Assembly (NCBI GenBank): GCA_963667665.2 | Contig: OY763927.2 | Span: 1,632,001-1,696,000, forward strand | DNA from: Nitrosopumilus sp. | GTDB taxonomy: Archaea; Thermoproteota; Nitrososphaeria; Nitrososphaerales; Nitrosopumilaceae | Length of the DNA: 64,000 bases | Direction: 5' to 3' | Shown here: one piece after another, positions 28,126-37,723 of the stretch | How positions within the stretch are numbered: the stretch's first letter is position 1 | Layout: every line of letters starts with the position of its first letter | Notes under the pieces: generated by a model | What the model was told of the DNA's origin: nothing | Database searches by the model: none | The model's input: the letters and a program-made list of their open reading frames with translations, nothing else | Translations under genes and position numbers: made by a program

Positions 28126-28794
28126 ATGATTTCCTTAATTTTATCTGAATCCGCACTAGAACTTGTTCCATCAGAACTAAAACATCATCCATCAGTTGTA
28201 TCTCATGCAAGAAAGCTTGGAAAACATACATCAGAAATTTTACTAGATAATTCCTGGCATTTTGCAGCTATGAAAGGAATCAAAAATGAAATGAAAAGAG
28301 GACGACCAGATTTGGTACACTTTTCAATACTTGAAGCTACTACAATTCCATTGTATCTTCAAAATAAAATGAAACTTTTTGTTCATACAATTGATGATAA
28401 GGTGATATACTTTGGTCAAAATGTTCATGTACCTAAATCATATCATAGATTTGAAGGTCTAATTGAGAAACTGTATCAAGAAAAAAAAATTATAGCAGAT
28501 AATGATGTATTACTTGAGATTAAAGAAAAAACATTTCCAGAACTACTTGATGAGATTAATCCATCAAAAGTAATTGGATTTTCTACAAAAGGTACACTAA
28601 ACTCTTATGAAAAAATTGCAGCAGAGATTTCAGATGATACATGTATTGTGCTTGGAGGATTCCAAAAAGGAAATTTTTCTGATTCAATTCAAAACAAAAT
28701 TAGTACTCTATATTCTATTGGCAATGAATCCTTTGAGGGTCACGTTGTAGTTGCTAGAATTCTCTATGAGTATGAAAAAACCATTTTTATGTAG
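28126..28794 (+). CDS. nep1: rRNA small-subunit pseudouridine methyltransferase Nep1/Emg1
   Basis: ESALELVP, LLDNSWH, RGRPDLVH, PKSYHRFEGL, LGGFQKG. Confidence 0.93.
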   Translation: MISLILSESALELVPSELKHHPSVVSHARKLGKHTSEILLDNSWHFAAMKGIKNEMKRGRPDLVHFSILEATTIPLYLQNKMKLFVHTIDDKVIYFGQNVHVPKSYHRFEGLIEKLYQEKKIIADNDVLLEIKEKTFPELLDEINPSKVIGFSTKGTLNSYEKIAAEISDDTCIVLGGFQKGNFSDSIQNKISTLYSIGNESFEGHVVVARILYEYEKTIFM

Positions 28795-28816
28795 GAAGTA
28801 AAATTTGCATTTTGTT

Positions 28817-28890
28817 GCAGTCATAGTATAGCCTGGTTAGTATTCGGGGTTTCCAACCCTGTGACGCGGGTTCGAATCCCGCTGACTGCA
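28817..28890 (+). tRNA. tRNA-Gly (TCC)
   Basis: Cloverleaf: acceptor GCAGTCA/TGACTGC, anticodon stem CGGGG/CCCTG with loop TTTCCAA, GGTTCGAATCCC T-arm, T-run terminator. Confidence 0.96.
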
Positions 28891-28941
28891 TTTTTTCATA
28901 ATAATGAGAACCAATTTTTAGGTGTACTTTAAGAAATAATT

Positions 28942-29244
28942 GTGAAACCTGCAGTTAGAAAAATTGCAATGGAGAGAATGCAGATTCTTATTGAAAATGC
29001 AATAACTAATGCAAAAACAAATCCTGAACTTTCTCAAAGACAAGCTTTTCTTGCTCGTAGGATTAGTAGTAGACATAAAATTCGAATGCCGTATGAGCTC
29101 AGGATGGTTTTTTGTAAAAAATGCAAGTCCTTTATTGCGCCTGGAATTAATTCTAGAATTCGTCTAGGAAGAGCATCTGTAAAGTCGATCAGAATTTCTT
29201 GTTACTTGTGTGGGCATACTTACCGGAAAATAATGCCTCAATGA
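28942..29244 (+). CDS. rnp4: RNase P protein subunit Rpp21/Rpr2
   Basis: IAMERMQIL, FCKKC...PG...CYLCG. Confidence 0.92.
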   Translation: MKPAVRKIAMERMQILIENAITNAKTNPELSQRQAFLARRISSRHKIRMPYELRMVFCKKCKSFIAPGINSRIRLGRASVKSIRISCYLCGHTYRKIMPQ

Positions 29245-29275
29245 TTTATAAGACGATTCTCAATTTTTCCACTTT

Positions 29276-29728
29276 ATGGCAAAAGTGTATGATGTACCAG
29301 CAGATGTATTGATAAGAAGACTAGCAGATATTCTAAAGAATGAAGATATTCCTGCACCTTCATGGATTCCATTTGTCAAAACTGGAGCTCATGCTGATAA
29401 ACCACCTCAAGATAGAGAATGGTGGTATGCTAGATGTGCATCATTGATGAGAAAAATTTACCTTAATGGTCCTATTGGAATTAATGAATTAAGAAATGAT
29501 TATGGCGGTGGTAGACCATCAGGATACGGAGCTGCACACCACAAAGATGCTAGTGGCGCAATTATTCGTAATGCTATTCACGGATTAGAAAAACTTGGTT
29601 ATGTAGAAAAAGTCGAGAAGAAAGGCCGTATCATTTCCAAACAAGGAATGCAAAAACTAGATAGACTAGCAACAGAAATTCTTAAAGAAATGATTGTAGA
29701 AAATCCTCAATTGAAAATATACTCTTAG
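29276..29728 (+). CDS. rps19e: 30S ribosomal protein S19e
   Basis: VYDVPAD, WIPFVKTG, WWYARCAS, LEKLG. Confidence 0.97.
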   Translation: MAKVYDVPADVLIRRLADILKNEDIPAPSWIPFVKTGAHADKPPQDREWWYARCASLMRKIYLNGPIGINELRNDYGGGRPSGYGAAHHKDASGAIIRNAIHGLEKLGYVEKVEKKGRIISKQGMQKLDRLATEILKEMIVENPQLKIYS

Positions 29729-29735
29729 ATTAAAA

Positions 29736-30083
29736 ATGAGTTTTCCAAATTCGGATGAACCAGAATATCATGGACATTCCCATAATGATGGAACAGAACC
29801 TCATTCACATGATGGTTCAGAACCTCATGAACATTCACATAGTGAGACAGAAATTTCAGCACAAAAAGATCAGATTCTAAAACAAATTCTTACATCAGAA
29901 GCTAGATCACGATTAAACAATATCAAAATGGTAAAACCAGAGTTGTCTAATCTTGTAGAACAATATCTTATTGGAATGGCAACTCAAGGAAAAATTCGAG
30001 GTCAACTAACTGATGATCAACTAAAGCAAATATTGCTATCTATTCAGCAGCCTAAACGCGATTTTAAGATGAGTAGAATCTGA
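29736..30083 (+). CDS. PDCD5-family DNA-binding protein with His-rich N-terminus
   Basis: ILTSEARSRLNNIKMVKPEL, LTDDQLKQIL; follows rps19e. Confidence 0.9.
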   Translation: MSFPNSDEPEYHGHSHNDGTEPHSHDGSEPHEHSHSETEISAQKDQILKQILTSEARSRLNNIKMVKPELSNLVEQYLIGMATQGKIRGQLTDDQLKQILLSIQQPKRDFKMSRI

Positions 30084-30124
30084 TCCCAATAAAATATAAT
30101 TATGGGTCATAACTCGGTTTAGTC

Positions 30125-31201
30125 ATGAAAGCCGTTGTTTACACTGAATACGCACCAGATGATAATTTTGCTAAAATTCTCAAAGTCCAGGATATAGATG
30201 ATCCAAAACCAAAAGCAGATGAAGTAGTTTTCGAAGTTAAATCTGCTGCAATAAATTTTAATGATATTTGGGGAATGAGGGGAAATCCAGTTCCTGTTCC
30301 ATTACCACATGTGTCAGGTTCTGATGCAGCTGGAGATGTAATTGCAGTAGGTGATGATGTTCAAAATATCAAAGTTGGAGACAGAGTAGTTTCTCATTCT
30401 AACATGTCATGCAGAGTTTGTAAAGCGTGTACTGATGGTAGAGAATTTGATTGTATTAAAAGAACTATTTGGGGATTCCAAACTGGTCCAACATGGGGAG
30501 CCTTTTGTGAAATTACTCATTTACCAGAAGTTAATGTAGCAAAAATTCCAGAAGGAGTATCATATGATCAAGCAGCCGCTGCATCAATGACTTTACTGAC
30601 ATCATGGCACATGTTAGTTGGAAGAGCCAAAATTACACCAGGACAAACTGTCTTGATTATGGGTGGTGGTTCTGGAGTAGGTAGTTTCGGTATTCAAATT
30701 GCAAAATTATACAATTGTGATGTTATTGCAACAGCAAGTCCAAATAAACTAGACAAATGTCTCGCACTTGGAGCAGATTATGCAGTAGATCATAGAAAAG
30801 AAGATTGGCATAAAGAAGTTAGAGCAATTACAAAAGATATAGCAAAGAAGAAAGGTGAAGTACCAGGAATTGATGTCTCCTTTGATCACATTGGTGAAAC
30901 ACACTGGAACAAACAACTAACCTTACTCAAATATGGTGCAACTCTTGTTTCATGTGGAGCAACAACAGGTTATGATGCTAAGACTGATCTAAGACATGTT
31001 TTCTTTAAAGGAACTAACATTTTAGGTTCAACACAAGGAACAAAAGCTGAACTTGAACAAGGTCTTTACTGGATGGGTCAAGGTAAAATCAAAGCAACAA
31101 TTGATTCAACTAATACCTTTGAAGAAGCAGCAGAGGCCCACACCAAGATGTTAACTGGAAACCTCTTTGGCAAAGTCTTATTGAAGCCAGAAGGCGCTTA
31201 A
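30125..31201 (+). CDS. Zinc-binding medium-chain dehydrogenase/reductase (quinone/enoyl-CoA reductase-like)
   Basis: LPHVSGSDAAG, CRVCKAC..C structural Zn, GGGSGVG. Confidence 0.9.
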   Translation: MKAVVYTEYAPDDNFAKILKVQDIDDPKPKADEVVFEVKSAAINFNDIWGMRGNPVPVPLPHVSGSDAAGDVIAVGDDVQNIKVGDRVVSHSNMSCRVCKACTDGREFDCIKRTIWGFQTGPTWGAFCEITHLPEVNVAKIPEGVSYDQAAAASMTLLTSWHMLVGRAKITPGQTVLIMGGGSGVGSFGIQIAKLYNCDVIATASPNKLDKCLALGADYAVDHRKEDWHKEVRAITKDIAKKKGEVPGIDVSFDHIGETHWNKQLTLLKYGATLVSCGATTGYDAKTDLRHVFFKGTNILGSTQGTKAELEQGLYWMGQGKIKATIDSTNTFEEAAEAHTKMLTGNLFGKVLLKPEGA

Positions 31202-31208
31202 TCAATTA

Positions 31209-32063
31209 ATGACACAGCTTTTTCGTAGTCTCATTTTTGTACCAGGAAATAATTCAAGATTTCTTGAAAAAGCAAAAAAGTTACAGGCTGACATTGTTTG
31301 TTTTGATCTAGAAGATTCAGTTCCAGATAATGAAAAAGTAAATGCAAGGAAACTAATCAAATCTGCATTAAAATTTCGTAAATCATATGAATCTTCAATT
31401 TTTGTTCGCACCAATTCTCCGACATCTGGAAAAATTCAATCTGATCTTAAAGAAATAGTTCAAAAAGGTATTGATGGAATTGTAATTCCTAAAGTAAACA
31501 ATATCAAAGATATGAAAAAAATTGAAAAAATTCTATCTGGGTTAGAAAAGACTCGAAAATTAAAACCAATTCAAATAATTCCTTCTATTGAATCTGCAGA
31601 GGGCGTGGTTAACACATTTAGCATTGCATCTTTTGGAAAAAGAGTTTTTGCAGTAGTTTTTGGTGTTTTTGATCTACTAAATGATCTAGGAGTTGAATAT
31701 ACCAAAGAATCTGAAGGTGCCAAGTATTCAAGAACAAAAATTCCTGTTGATGCACATGCAGCTGGAGTTGCAGCGATAGATGCAATTTGGCAAGATCTTA
31801 AAGATTCTAAAGGATTAGAAAAAGATTGCAAAATTGGCAAAAGTCTTGGATATTCTGGAAAAAGTATCATTCATCCAGATCAAATATCTGTTGTACACAA
31901 ATTGTTTCATCCAAACAAAAGTGAAATTTTGTGGGCTGAGAAAGTCTGTAAAATCTATCTCCAGTCAACAAAGAAAGGAAAGGGTGCTACAACAGTTGAT
32001 GGAAAAATGATAGATGAGGTACATTTCAAGCAAGCAAAAGCACTTCTTGAACTTGTAAAATGA
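31209..32063 (+). CDS. CitE/HpcH-family CoA-ester lyase
   Basis: RSLIFVPG, DLEDSV, IESAEG, GKSIIHPDQI, GKMIDE. Confidence 0.93.
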   Translation: MTQLFRSLIFVPGNNSRFLEKAKKLQADIVCFDLEDSVPDNEKVNARKLIKSALKFRKSYESSIFVRTNSPTSGKIQSDLKEIVQKGIDGIVIPKVNNIKDMKKIEKILSGLEKTRKLKPIQIIPSIESAEGVVNTFSIASFGKRVFAVVFGVFDLLNDLGVEYTKESEGAKYSRTKIPVDAHAAGVAAIDAIWQDLKDSKGLEKDCKIGKSLGYSGKSIIHPDQISVVHKLFHPNKSEILWAEKVCKIYLQSTKKGKGATTVDGKMIDEVHFKQAKALLELVK

Positions 32064-32084
32064 TAATTTCAATCTAATTGAATT

Positions 32085-32697
32085 CTAGTCAAATGATTCA
32101 ATAATTGATTTCATACTGGTACTTTTCTCAAACATTTTTTTAGAAACAATTCCAGTAATTGTAATTTTTTCTTTTTTAATATCTAGTTTAATTTCTTGAA
32201 AAACACATTGAAGCTTGGAAATCTTTTTACTTTCACTAAGCACTTTTCCTGATTCTATAATAATTCCATTAAGTATTAGATTTTCAATTTTCCTGTATCC
32301 TGAAGTTTTTGGAACTTTAGATTCTTTTAGTATCTGTGGAATTGTATATTCATTTTCTAAAAGACTCGAAATAATTTTTCTTGTTTCTGATTCACTAAAT
32401 AATTCTAAAATTAAATCTGTCATAATTGTATTGTGTATAATTACATTGTACTTGTCATCTCTTTTTTTTTACTTTGATAATTTTATTTATACAATCTTTT
32501 TCAAATTTTTTGACATCTATATGGGAATTTTTTTTAAGTGCGTTTGTAAATTTTTGAAAATGTTCAATTGAAAGTTTTATTGACATTCCGTGCTCCAAAA
32601 ATAATTCACATTCAATTTTCTTTAGCATATCTAAATCTAATTTTTTCTTAATTTCCTTAGATAATACAGCTGACATTAATCTATCAATACCGCCCAT
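32085..32697 (-). pseudogene. wHTH transcription regulator split by one extra base in an A9 run
   Basis: ORFs 32455..32697 and 32085..32423 join into one 203-aa frame if one T of 32462..32470 is removed. Confidence 0.8.
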
Positions 32698-32754
32698 GTA
32701 AGAATTCTAAATAATGGAAAATATTAAAGCACTGCTTTATTCATTATAATAGAT

Positions 32755-33105
32755 ATGAGTAAATCTGTAATTGTAATAGATGATGATGAAGATACAGTTA
32801 GATTATTCAGTGAATTTCTAGAAGAAAATGGTATTAATGTAATTGGTAATGGTTTTGATAGAATCTCTGCTGTTAAATTATTCAAAGAAACAAAACCAGA
32901 TGTAGTTCTAATTGATCTAAACATGCCTAATGGCACTGGATTTTATGCCATTAAAAAAATTCAAGAAATTGATCCCAAAGCAAAAATTATTGCTATTACA
33001 GCAAATAGTAGTTACTCTGTTGAAGACAAATTAGATAAACTTCACATACCTCTAATTCAAAAACCATTCAAAATGGATCAAGTAATTTCTATTATAATTA
33101 ATTAA
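32755..33105 (+). CDS. Single-domain response regulator (CheY-like receiver)
   Basis: VIDDD, DLNMP, ITA, KPF. Confidence 0.94.
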   Translation: MSKSVIVIDDDEDTVRLFSEFLEENGINVIGNGFDRISAVKLFKETKPDVVLIDLNMPNGTGFYAIKKIQEIDPKAKIIAITANSSYSVEDKLDKLHIPLIQKPFKMDQVISIIIN

Positions 33106-33173
33106 TTCATTCCCATTTTTGGAATTTTCCCTAAAATGTTATATTCTAAAGTTCATACTATAATATGATACAA

Positions 33174-33317
33174 ATGAGTAAACGTGTAACAATTATGATC
33201 GATGAAGATCTTGACAAAAAACTTAGACTTCGTCAAGCAAAATTGATTCAACAAGAACAATCATCATATAGTTATTCCAGAGTACTTAATGAAACACTTC
33301 GTAAATCTCTGAAATAA
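33174..33317 (+). CDS. Small ribbon-helix-helix-like protein (47 aa)
   Basis: Read by hand: MSKRVTIMIDEDLDKKLRLRQAKLIQQEQSSYSYSRVLNETLRKSLK. Confidence 0.75.
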   Translation: MSKRVTIMIDEDLDKKLRLRQAKLIQQEQSSYSYSRVLNETLRKSLK

Positions 33318-33400
33318 TTAAAAAAATATCTTTATTCAAGATTCTATCTTTTCAATTAGAATATGTTAAAGATAATGAATTTTTATAAAAATATAGTAAA

Positions 33401-34105
33401 ATGATTAATCTTCTTGATCCCTCAAATGTAATTACTAGACTTTTTAATTCTGGAAAATACGACGATATGTACAATTATTGCAAAAATCTACTTGAAAAAA
33501 CACCTAATGATATGGTTGCCCTCCAAAATATTTCACTATCTCTGATTTATTTAAAAAAATATGACGAGGCTATTGTTTATTGTGATAAAGTTCTAGACAT
33601 AAAGAATTCAGATACTTATGCACTAAAAAACAAGATCTATGCTCTTGAAAATTTAAAACAATATGAACAAATTCTAAAATTATGCAAACAAATTCTTTCT
33701 AAAAATTCTAGAGATGTATGGGCTCTAAACAGTATGGGATTATCTCTAAATGAACTAAATAGACATCAAGATGCCCTTGAATATTATGATAAATCTCTTG
33801 AAGTAGATCTAAATGATGTTACTGCTTTAATGAATAAGGCTATTTCTTTAAGTCATTTGGGTAAATACAAAGATGCAATAGACTATTACGATAAGGCTCA
33901 AACTATTGATTCAAGCTCAAAAGAAATACCTCTTGCAAAATCACAATTATTTAAAAAATTAGGTATGGATGATGATTCATTTTTAGCCGCACAAGGCATA
34001 CTTAATAAAAAAATGGAAAAAATAAAGATGGATGCTAAAAAAAACAAATGTTCTGTTTTTCATCAATTATGTGAAGATGAATTTAAAAAGTATGATTCTA
34101 AATAA
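33401..34105 (+). CDS. TPR repeat protein (insertion target of the element)
   Basis: Repeated AL.NK..L..L..Y.EA..YYDK.L units. Confidence 0.9.
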   Translation: MINLLDPSNVITRLFNSGKYDDMYNYCKNLLEKTPNDMVALQNISLSLIYLKKYDEAIVYCDKVLDIKNSDTYALKNKIYALENLKQYEQILKLCKQILSKNSRDVWALNSMGLSLNELNRHQDALEYYDKSLEVDLNDVTALMNKAISLSHLGKYKDAIDYYDKAQTIDSSSKEIPLAKSQLFKKLGMDDDSFLAAQGILNKKMEKIKMDAKKNKCSVFHQLCEDEFKKYDSK

Positions 34106-34154
34106 TTATATACAAAATATATATTGTATATAATGTATATATATTTAAATACTA

Positions 34155-35294
34155 GTGCTTGAATCTATTCTAACTATGTTAGTAGAACAAACAACAGAAC
34201 AAGTCCAAAAACAATTCTTAGACTCAATGTATCTTATCTCACACAGCAAAAAAACAATTCAAACTTACAAGTCTGCACTAAATCATTTTAAAAAATTTGT
34301 TACATCTCAATACAATTACAATGAAATGCAAATAGTAGAGCAGATAAAATCTGAGAAAACTGATGTATACACTGTAATTCGAGATTTTATTATATATCTA
34401 GATCAAAAATAAATTCGTCCTAGAGGAATTCATTCGTATCTTAGTGGTCTGAAAGGATTTCTTCGTCATACCGGAATTAAAATTAATTCAGATGATTTCA
34501 AACATCTAGTAAAGATCCCTAAAGTAATCAGAACTCGTGAAATTCCAGTTACAAAAGAGATGATTCTACGAGTCTTGCACAACTCTTCTACCAAACTTCA
34601 GACATCTATTCTAGTATGTGCATCAAGTGGATTACGTATTGGAGAACTAGTGCAGCTAAAACTCTCTGATATTGATTTTGAGTGCAATCCAACCAAACTG
34701 AGTATTCGTGCTGAAATTGCAAAGGGGAGCATGTCCAGGGAGACATTTATCACATCTGAGGCTACTTTATCCCTTCAAGATTATCTAAAGCGATATTTTG
34801 GCTGGAAGGAAAATGATCCAAACTTGCACCTGCAAAATACTATGATTTTTTGGAGAATATCTGCAGTAAAGACTGGGTATGTCCCTAAATTTACAGTAGA
34901 ATCTGCAAAACAGATACTGCAAAATTCATTACGAAATCAAATTGAAAAAATTTCTGAATTAAATGTCAGAAATGAAAATGGACTTCGGGCAATACATTTC
35001 CACGCACTAAGGAAATTTTTTAGAACTTCCGTAGGAAATGTTTGTGGTAGAGACTATGCTGAAGCATTAATGGGCCACGGATTCTACATGGATACGTACT
35101 ATCAACTGCCAGAAGACAAGAAAAAACAGATGTACTTGGATGCGGAATCTCATCTGACAATATCTGACTTTCAAGCAGTTGAGAAAGACATGAAAGTTTT
35201 ATCTACAAAATATAAAAACCTGGAAAACAAAGTTGATGATCTAACGCAATATCTTAGAACAAACAGCATTGATGTTCCGGATTATCTTAGATGA
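34155..35294 (+). pseudogene. Tyrosine recombinase/integrase with a single in-frame TAA at 34410..34412
   Basis: Both ORF pieces are in one frame and the gap is open apart from the TAA; R (GLRIGE), K (AKG), HxxR (HALRKFF), H (LMGH) and Y (MDTYY) retained. Confidence 0.9.
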
Positions 35295-35581
35295 CTTCGG
35301 CTCCTTACCTTTTCACTAATCTTCCTTAGCATTTCCTCTCTCTGTATGATGTACTTTGACATCTGCTCCATCATCTTCATCTTGATTTTATCATCCTTGG
35401 AACTTTTGATAATTTCTTTTGATATCTCTATATTGCAATCTAAATCATTAATTGATTCCACATATCTTTCAAATCTTCCAGCATCTCTAAGTTCAGTAAT
35501 TTTTTCTCTGAAATTTTCTGAAGTCGCGACATGTCCCGTGCCTGAATTTGGTTCATTTGTGACACTGTCATGTTCTGTCAT
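35282..35581 (-). CDS. Element-borne helical hypothetical protein
   Basis: Coiled-coil-like ORF converging on the integrase; start uncertain. Confidence 0.55.
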   Translation of the reverse strand: MTEHDSVTNEPNSGTGHVATSENFREKITELRDAGRFERYVESINDLDCNIEISKEIIKSSKDDKIKMKMMEQMSKYIIQREEMLRKISEKVRSRSHLR

Positions 35582-35650
35582 TTTTTCTGACACCTTTTTG
35601 TGATTTTCACGCCTAAAAATGCAGGTTTTTGACACCTTTTTGACACAACT

Positions 35651-35854
35651 TTACTCATCAGCAACCCATTCCTTCGTCATCTTGTTATAGGATACAAAGT
35701 CGCCAAACCTATACTCTATCCAGGGCTTTAGTTTCTCGTAAGACGACAGTGAGATTCTGGCTTGCTCAACAAGATCGAATTTGTGAATCTTTCCGTGCTG
35801 CTTTACTATTTCCTTGATACGGTTTGCGTGATAATACATTTGTCTGGTAGTCAT
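35651..35854 (-). CDS. Element-borne small wHTH-like protein
   Basis: RIKEIVKQHGKIHKFDLVEQARISLSSYEKL pattern resembles a helix-turn-helix with wing. Confidence 0.55.
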   Translation of the reverse strand: MTTRQMYYHANRIKEIVKQHGKIHKFDLVEQARISLSSYEKLKPWIEYRFGDFVSYNKMTKEWVADE

Positions 35855-35981
35855 GATGCATATTCCTGTAACATAACATGACATAGAGAAGAGAAGATTA
35901 CAGTTAAATTATTTTTTATTTTCTTTAAAAAATTTTTTTTATTATTGTTGTATGTATGATATGTTATGATATTTTTTATTC

Positions 35982-36134
35982 TCACTTTAGCTCGCTCTCC
36001 AGAATCAGTTTTTCTTTTGTAATTTTTACGGTAAACACTGGATCTTCCTTCAGATGACTCAGCCACTTTACATCTAGTCCGATGATCAGATGTCCGTCCA
36101 GAACGTAAGGCCTGACAGAATTGTATGACTTCAT
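35982..36134 (-). CDS. Small AbrB-like hypothetical protein (50 aa)
   Basis: Read by hand: MKSYNSVRPYVLDGHLIIGLDVKWLSHLKEDPVFTVKITKRKLILESELK; ATGA overlap with upstream pseudogene. Confidence 0.5.
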   Translation of the reverse strand: MKSYNSVRPYVLDGHLIIGLDVKWLSHLKEDPVFTVKITKEKLILESELK

Positions 36135-36276
36135 TGTCTTTCACTCCAGTACTTGTCGCAAAGATCTGCATGATCTAAAAGTTCTACAATAACAGAATCA
36201 AATGATGAATCTAGGTGTTCCCGTATCTTGTCAAACGAACTTTTGTTTGCGGCGAAACCTTGATTTGTAGAGTCAT
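36131..36276 (-). pseudogene. Frameshifted RHH-like gene
   Basis: MTLQIKVSPQTKVRLTRYGN continues in another frame as LDSSFDSVIVELLDHADLCDKYWSERQ*. Confidence 0.6.
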
Positions 36277-36300
36277 GCTCTAGCTCGTTTTTCTCTCAGA

Positions 36301-36337
36301 TAAAAGTTGGGATTTGAATTTTATTTCCCAACTTTTA
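36301..36337. repeat. Inverted repeat TAAAAGTTGGGA-N13-TCCCAACTTTTA
   Basis: Perfect 12-bp arms read directly. Confidence 0.8.
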
Positions 36338-36357
36338 ACTACTAGCTGTTTTGAAAG

Positions 36358-36501
36358 TCAACGTTTTTTTCTGAATGATTTTACCATTTCAGCAATCACA
36401 TCATCCATGCTCGTAGACTCTCCTGATTTTGTTTGCATATGACCTTGAATTCTGATCATCTCTTTATGATTTTTATCCGAGATGCGGAGGGTCTTGACCA
36501 T
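36358..36501 (-). CDS. Small RHH/antitoxin-like DNA-binding protein (47 aa)
   Basis: Read by hand: MVKTLRISDKNHKEMIRIQGHMQTKSGESTSMDDVIAEMVKSFRKKR. Confidence 0.65.
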   Translation of the reverse strand: MVKTLRISDKNHKEMIRIQGHMQTKSGESTSMDDVIAEMVKSFRKKR

Positions 36502-36692
36502 GATTATACAAAATATATGACATATATGAAAATTACTAGATATATGAAATATTCTTCAAAAAACTTAGCCAAAGCAGGCATAAGAAATTCTTATATTGTG
36601 ACTTTGTATCATTTTGTTATTATGTTGAATAAATTGGACGAAGAGTTTAATGCCGAACGATTTAATTTACAGCATGAGCAAGGTGAAAAAGC

Positions 36693-36884
36693 ATGACTAA
36701 ACTGCAGCTAATTTACAGACCAGTCAAACTCCCAGCTGCAAAAACAGAGAAACTCAAGGCCATAAAGATTCTAATGAATTCTGGCCACAGCTTTACCGCA
36801 ATATCGGACCTGGAATACATGGTTTCTCTTCGTCAATGTAAGGCTCTTACAGCTGCCAAAATAAACTACATAAAACAAGAATAG
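36693..36884 (+). CDS. Element-borne hypothetical protein
   Basis: 63-aa ORF, no recognisable motif. Confidence 0.4.
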   Translation: MTKLQLIYRPVKLPAAKTEKLKAIKILMNSGHSFTAISDLEYMVSLRQCKALTAAKINYIKQE

Positions 36885-36885
36885 C

Positions 36886-37208
36886 ATTAACCAAAAAATC
36901 AAGCTTCATTTCAAGTTACCAAAAATGAGGAATGATCAAAAAGAAATTTCGGCAGACGTTTTTGAAAAATTAAACCAAGAATTTATTAAAAAGTTTGGCG
37001 GCCTAACGGTTAATTCCCCGCAAAAGGATTTTGGAAACACAACGGACTAACATATCGTGATCAAACAATAGAATACATCGTCTTTATTCCAGAAGCCAAA
37101 TTCAATAAAGAAATTAAAAAATCTCTGGATGAATACTTGGATAGATTTAAGAAAACATTCAAGCAATTAGAAATCTTTTGCTATTATTATCTGACAATGT
37201 CTACCTAG
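36886..37208 (+). pseudogene. Frameshifted hypothetical (FGGLTV...GFW...FKQLEI; possibly DUF3574-like)
   Basis: Frame shifts at CAAAAGGA ~37021..37028; no ATG at the expected start (ATT at 36886). Confidence 0.6.
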
Positions 37209-37254
37209 TGTAACTTTTTTTCATAATTGATTTTTTTTACTTGAGAAAAAATCC

Positions 37255-37476
37255 TTACACTGATACAGGACGCAAGGAAAGATCAGTGACATGTCTGGTT
37301 ACACATTCCGGACACAGAATGATTCCTTGGTTGTCAGTCAGCTTGTGCATTGTCATGCCATACTCCTTGTTGTCCTTCCTGATTGACTGCCACTCTTTTT
37401 CAAAAAACATGATGCAGCACGGAGAAATATTGTGCTTAATCCCTTTCCAAAAGTATTTTCCTTCACTTCCACTCAT
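37255..37476 (-). CDS. Small Cys-containing hypothetical protein
   Basis: 73 aa with PCC and LCPEC motifs. Confidence 0.55.
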   Translation of the reverse strand: MSGSEGKYFWKGIKHNISPCCIMFFEKEWQSIRKDNKEYGMTMHKLTDNQGIILCPECVTRHVTDLSLRPVSV

Positions 37477-37590
37477 TGAGATTCATAGTCTACATATGAT
37501 CAAAAAACCCAGTGTTGCAAGATTGGTTGACCAAAGGATAAAGTCTGACTAACAATTCATGCTGATCCTTTATATGAAAAAACTACAATC

Positions 37591-37723
37591 ATGATCATGG
37601 AAAAATTCGACTATGCTAGATGCCCAAATTGTGGCAAAGTAGCAAACAATGAAACAAAAGTAAAAGACTTGTTTGGCATTAGAAACAATGGCGGCAACCT
37701 CATGGTGCAAAGAGTGCCGATAA
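37591..37723 (+). pseudogene. Small Zn-finger gene broken by a short deletion
   Basis: CPNCGK...LFGIRNNGGNLMVQ in one frame; SWCKECR* in an overlapping frame. Confidence 0.65.

Noticed and set aside
28817-28890. tRNA-Gly as integration site of the integrase element
   Set aside because: More than 5 kb away, flanked by core genes, and no duplicated tRNA 3' fragment seen at the element ends
34155-35294. SSV1/pNOB8-style integrase split by its own att site
   Set aside because: Both parts are contiguous and in frame, separated by one TAA codon
35851-36696. Tracked ORFs 35851..36171 (-) and 36433..36696 (+)
   Set aside because: They overlap better-supported small genes in other frames and run through AT-rich non-coding DNA
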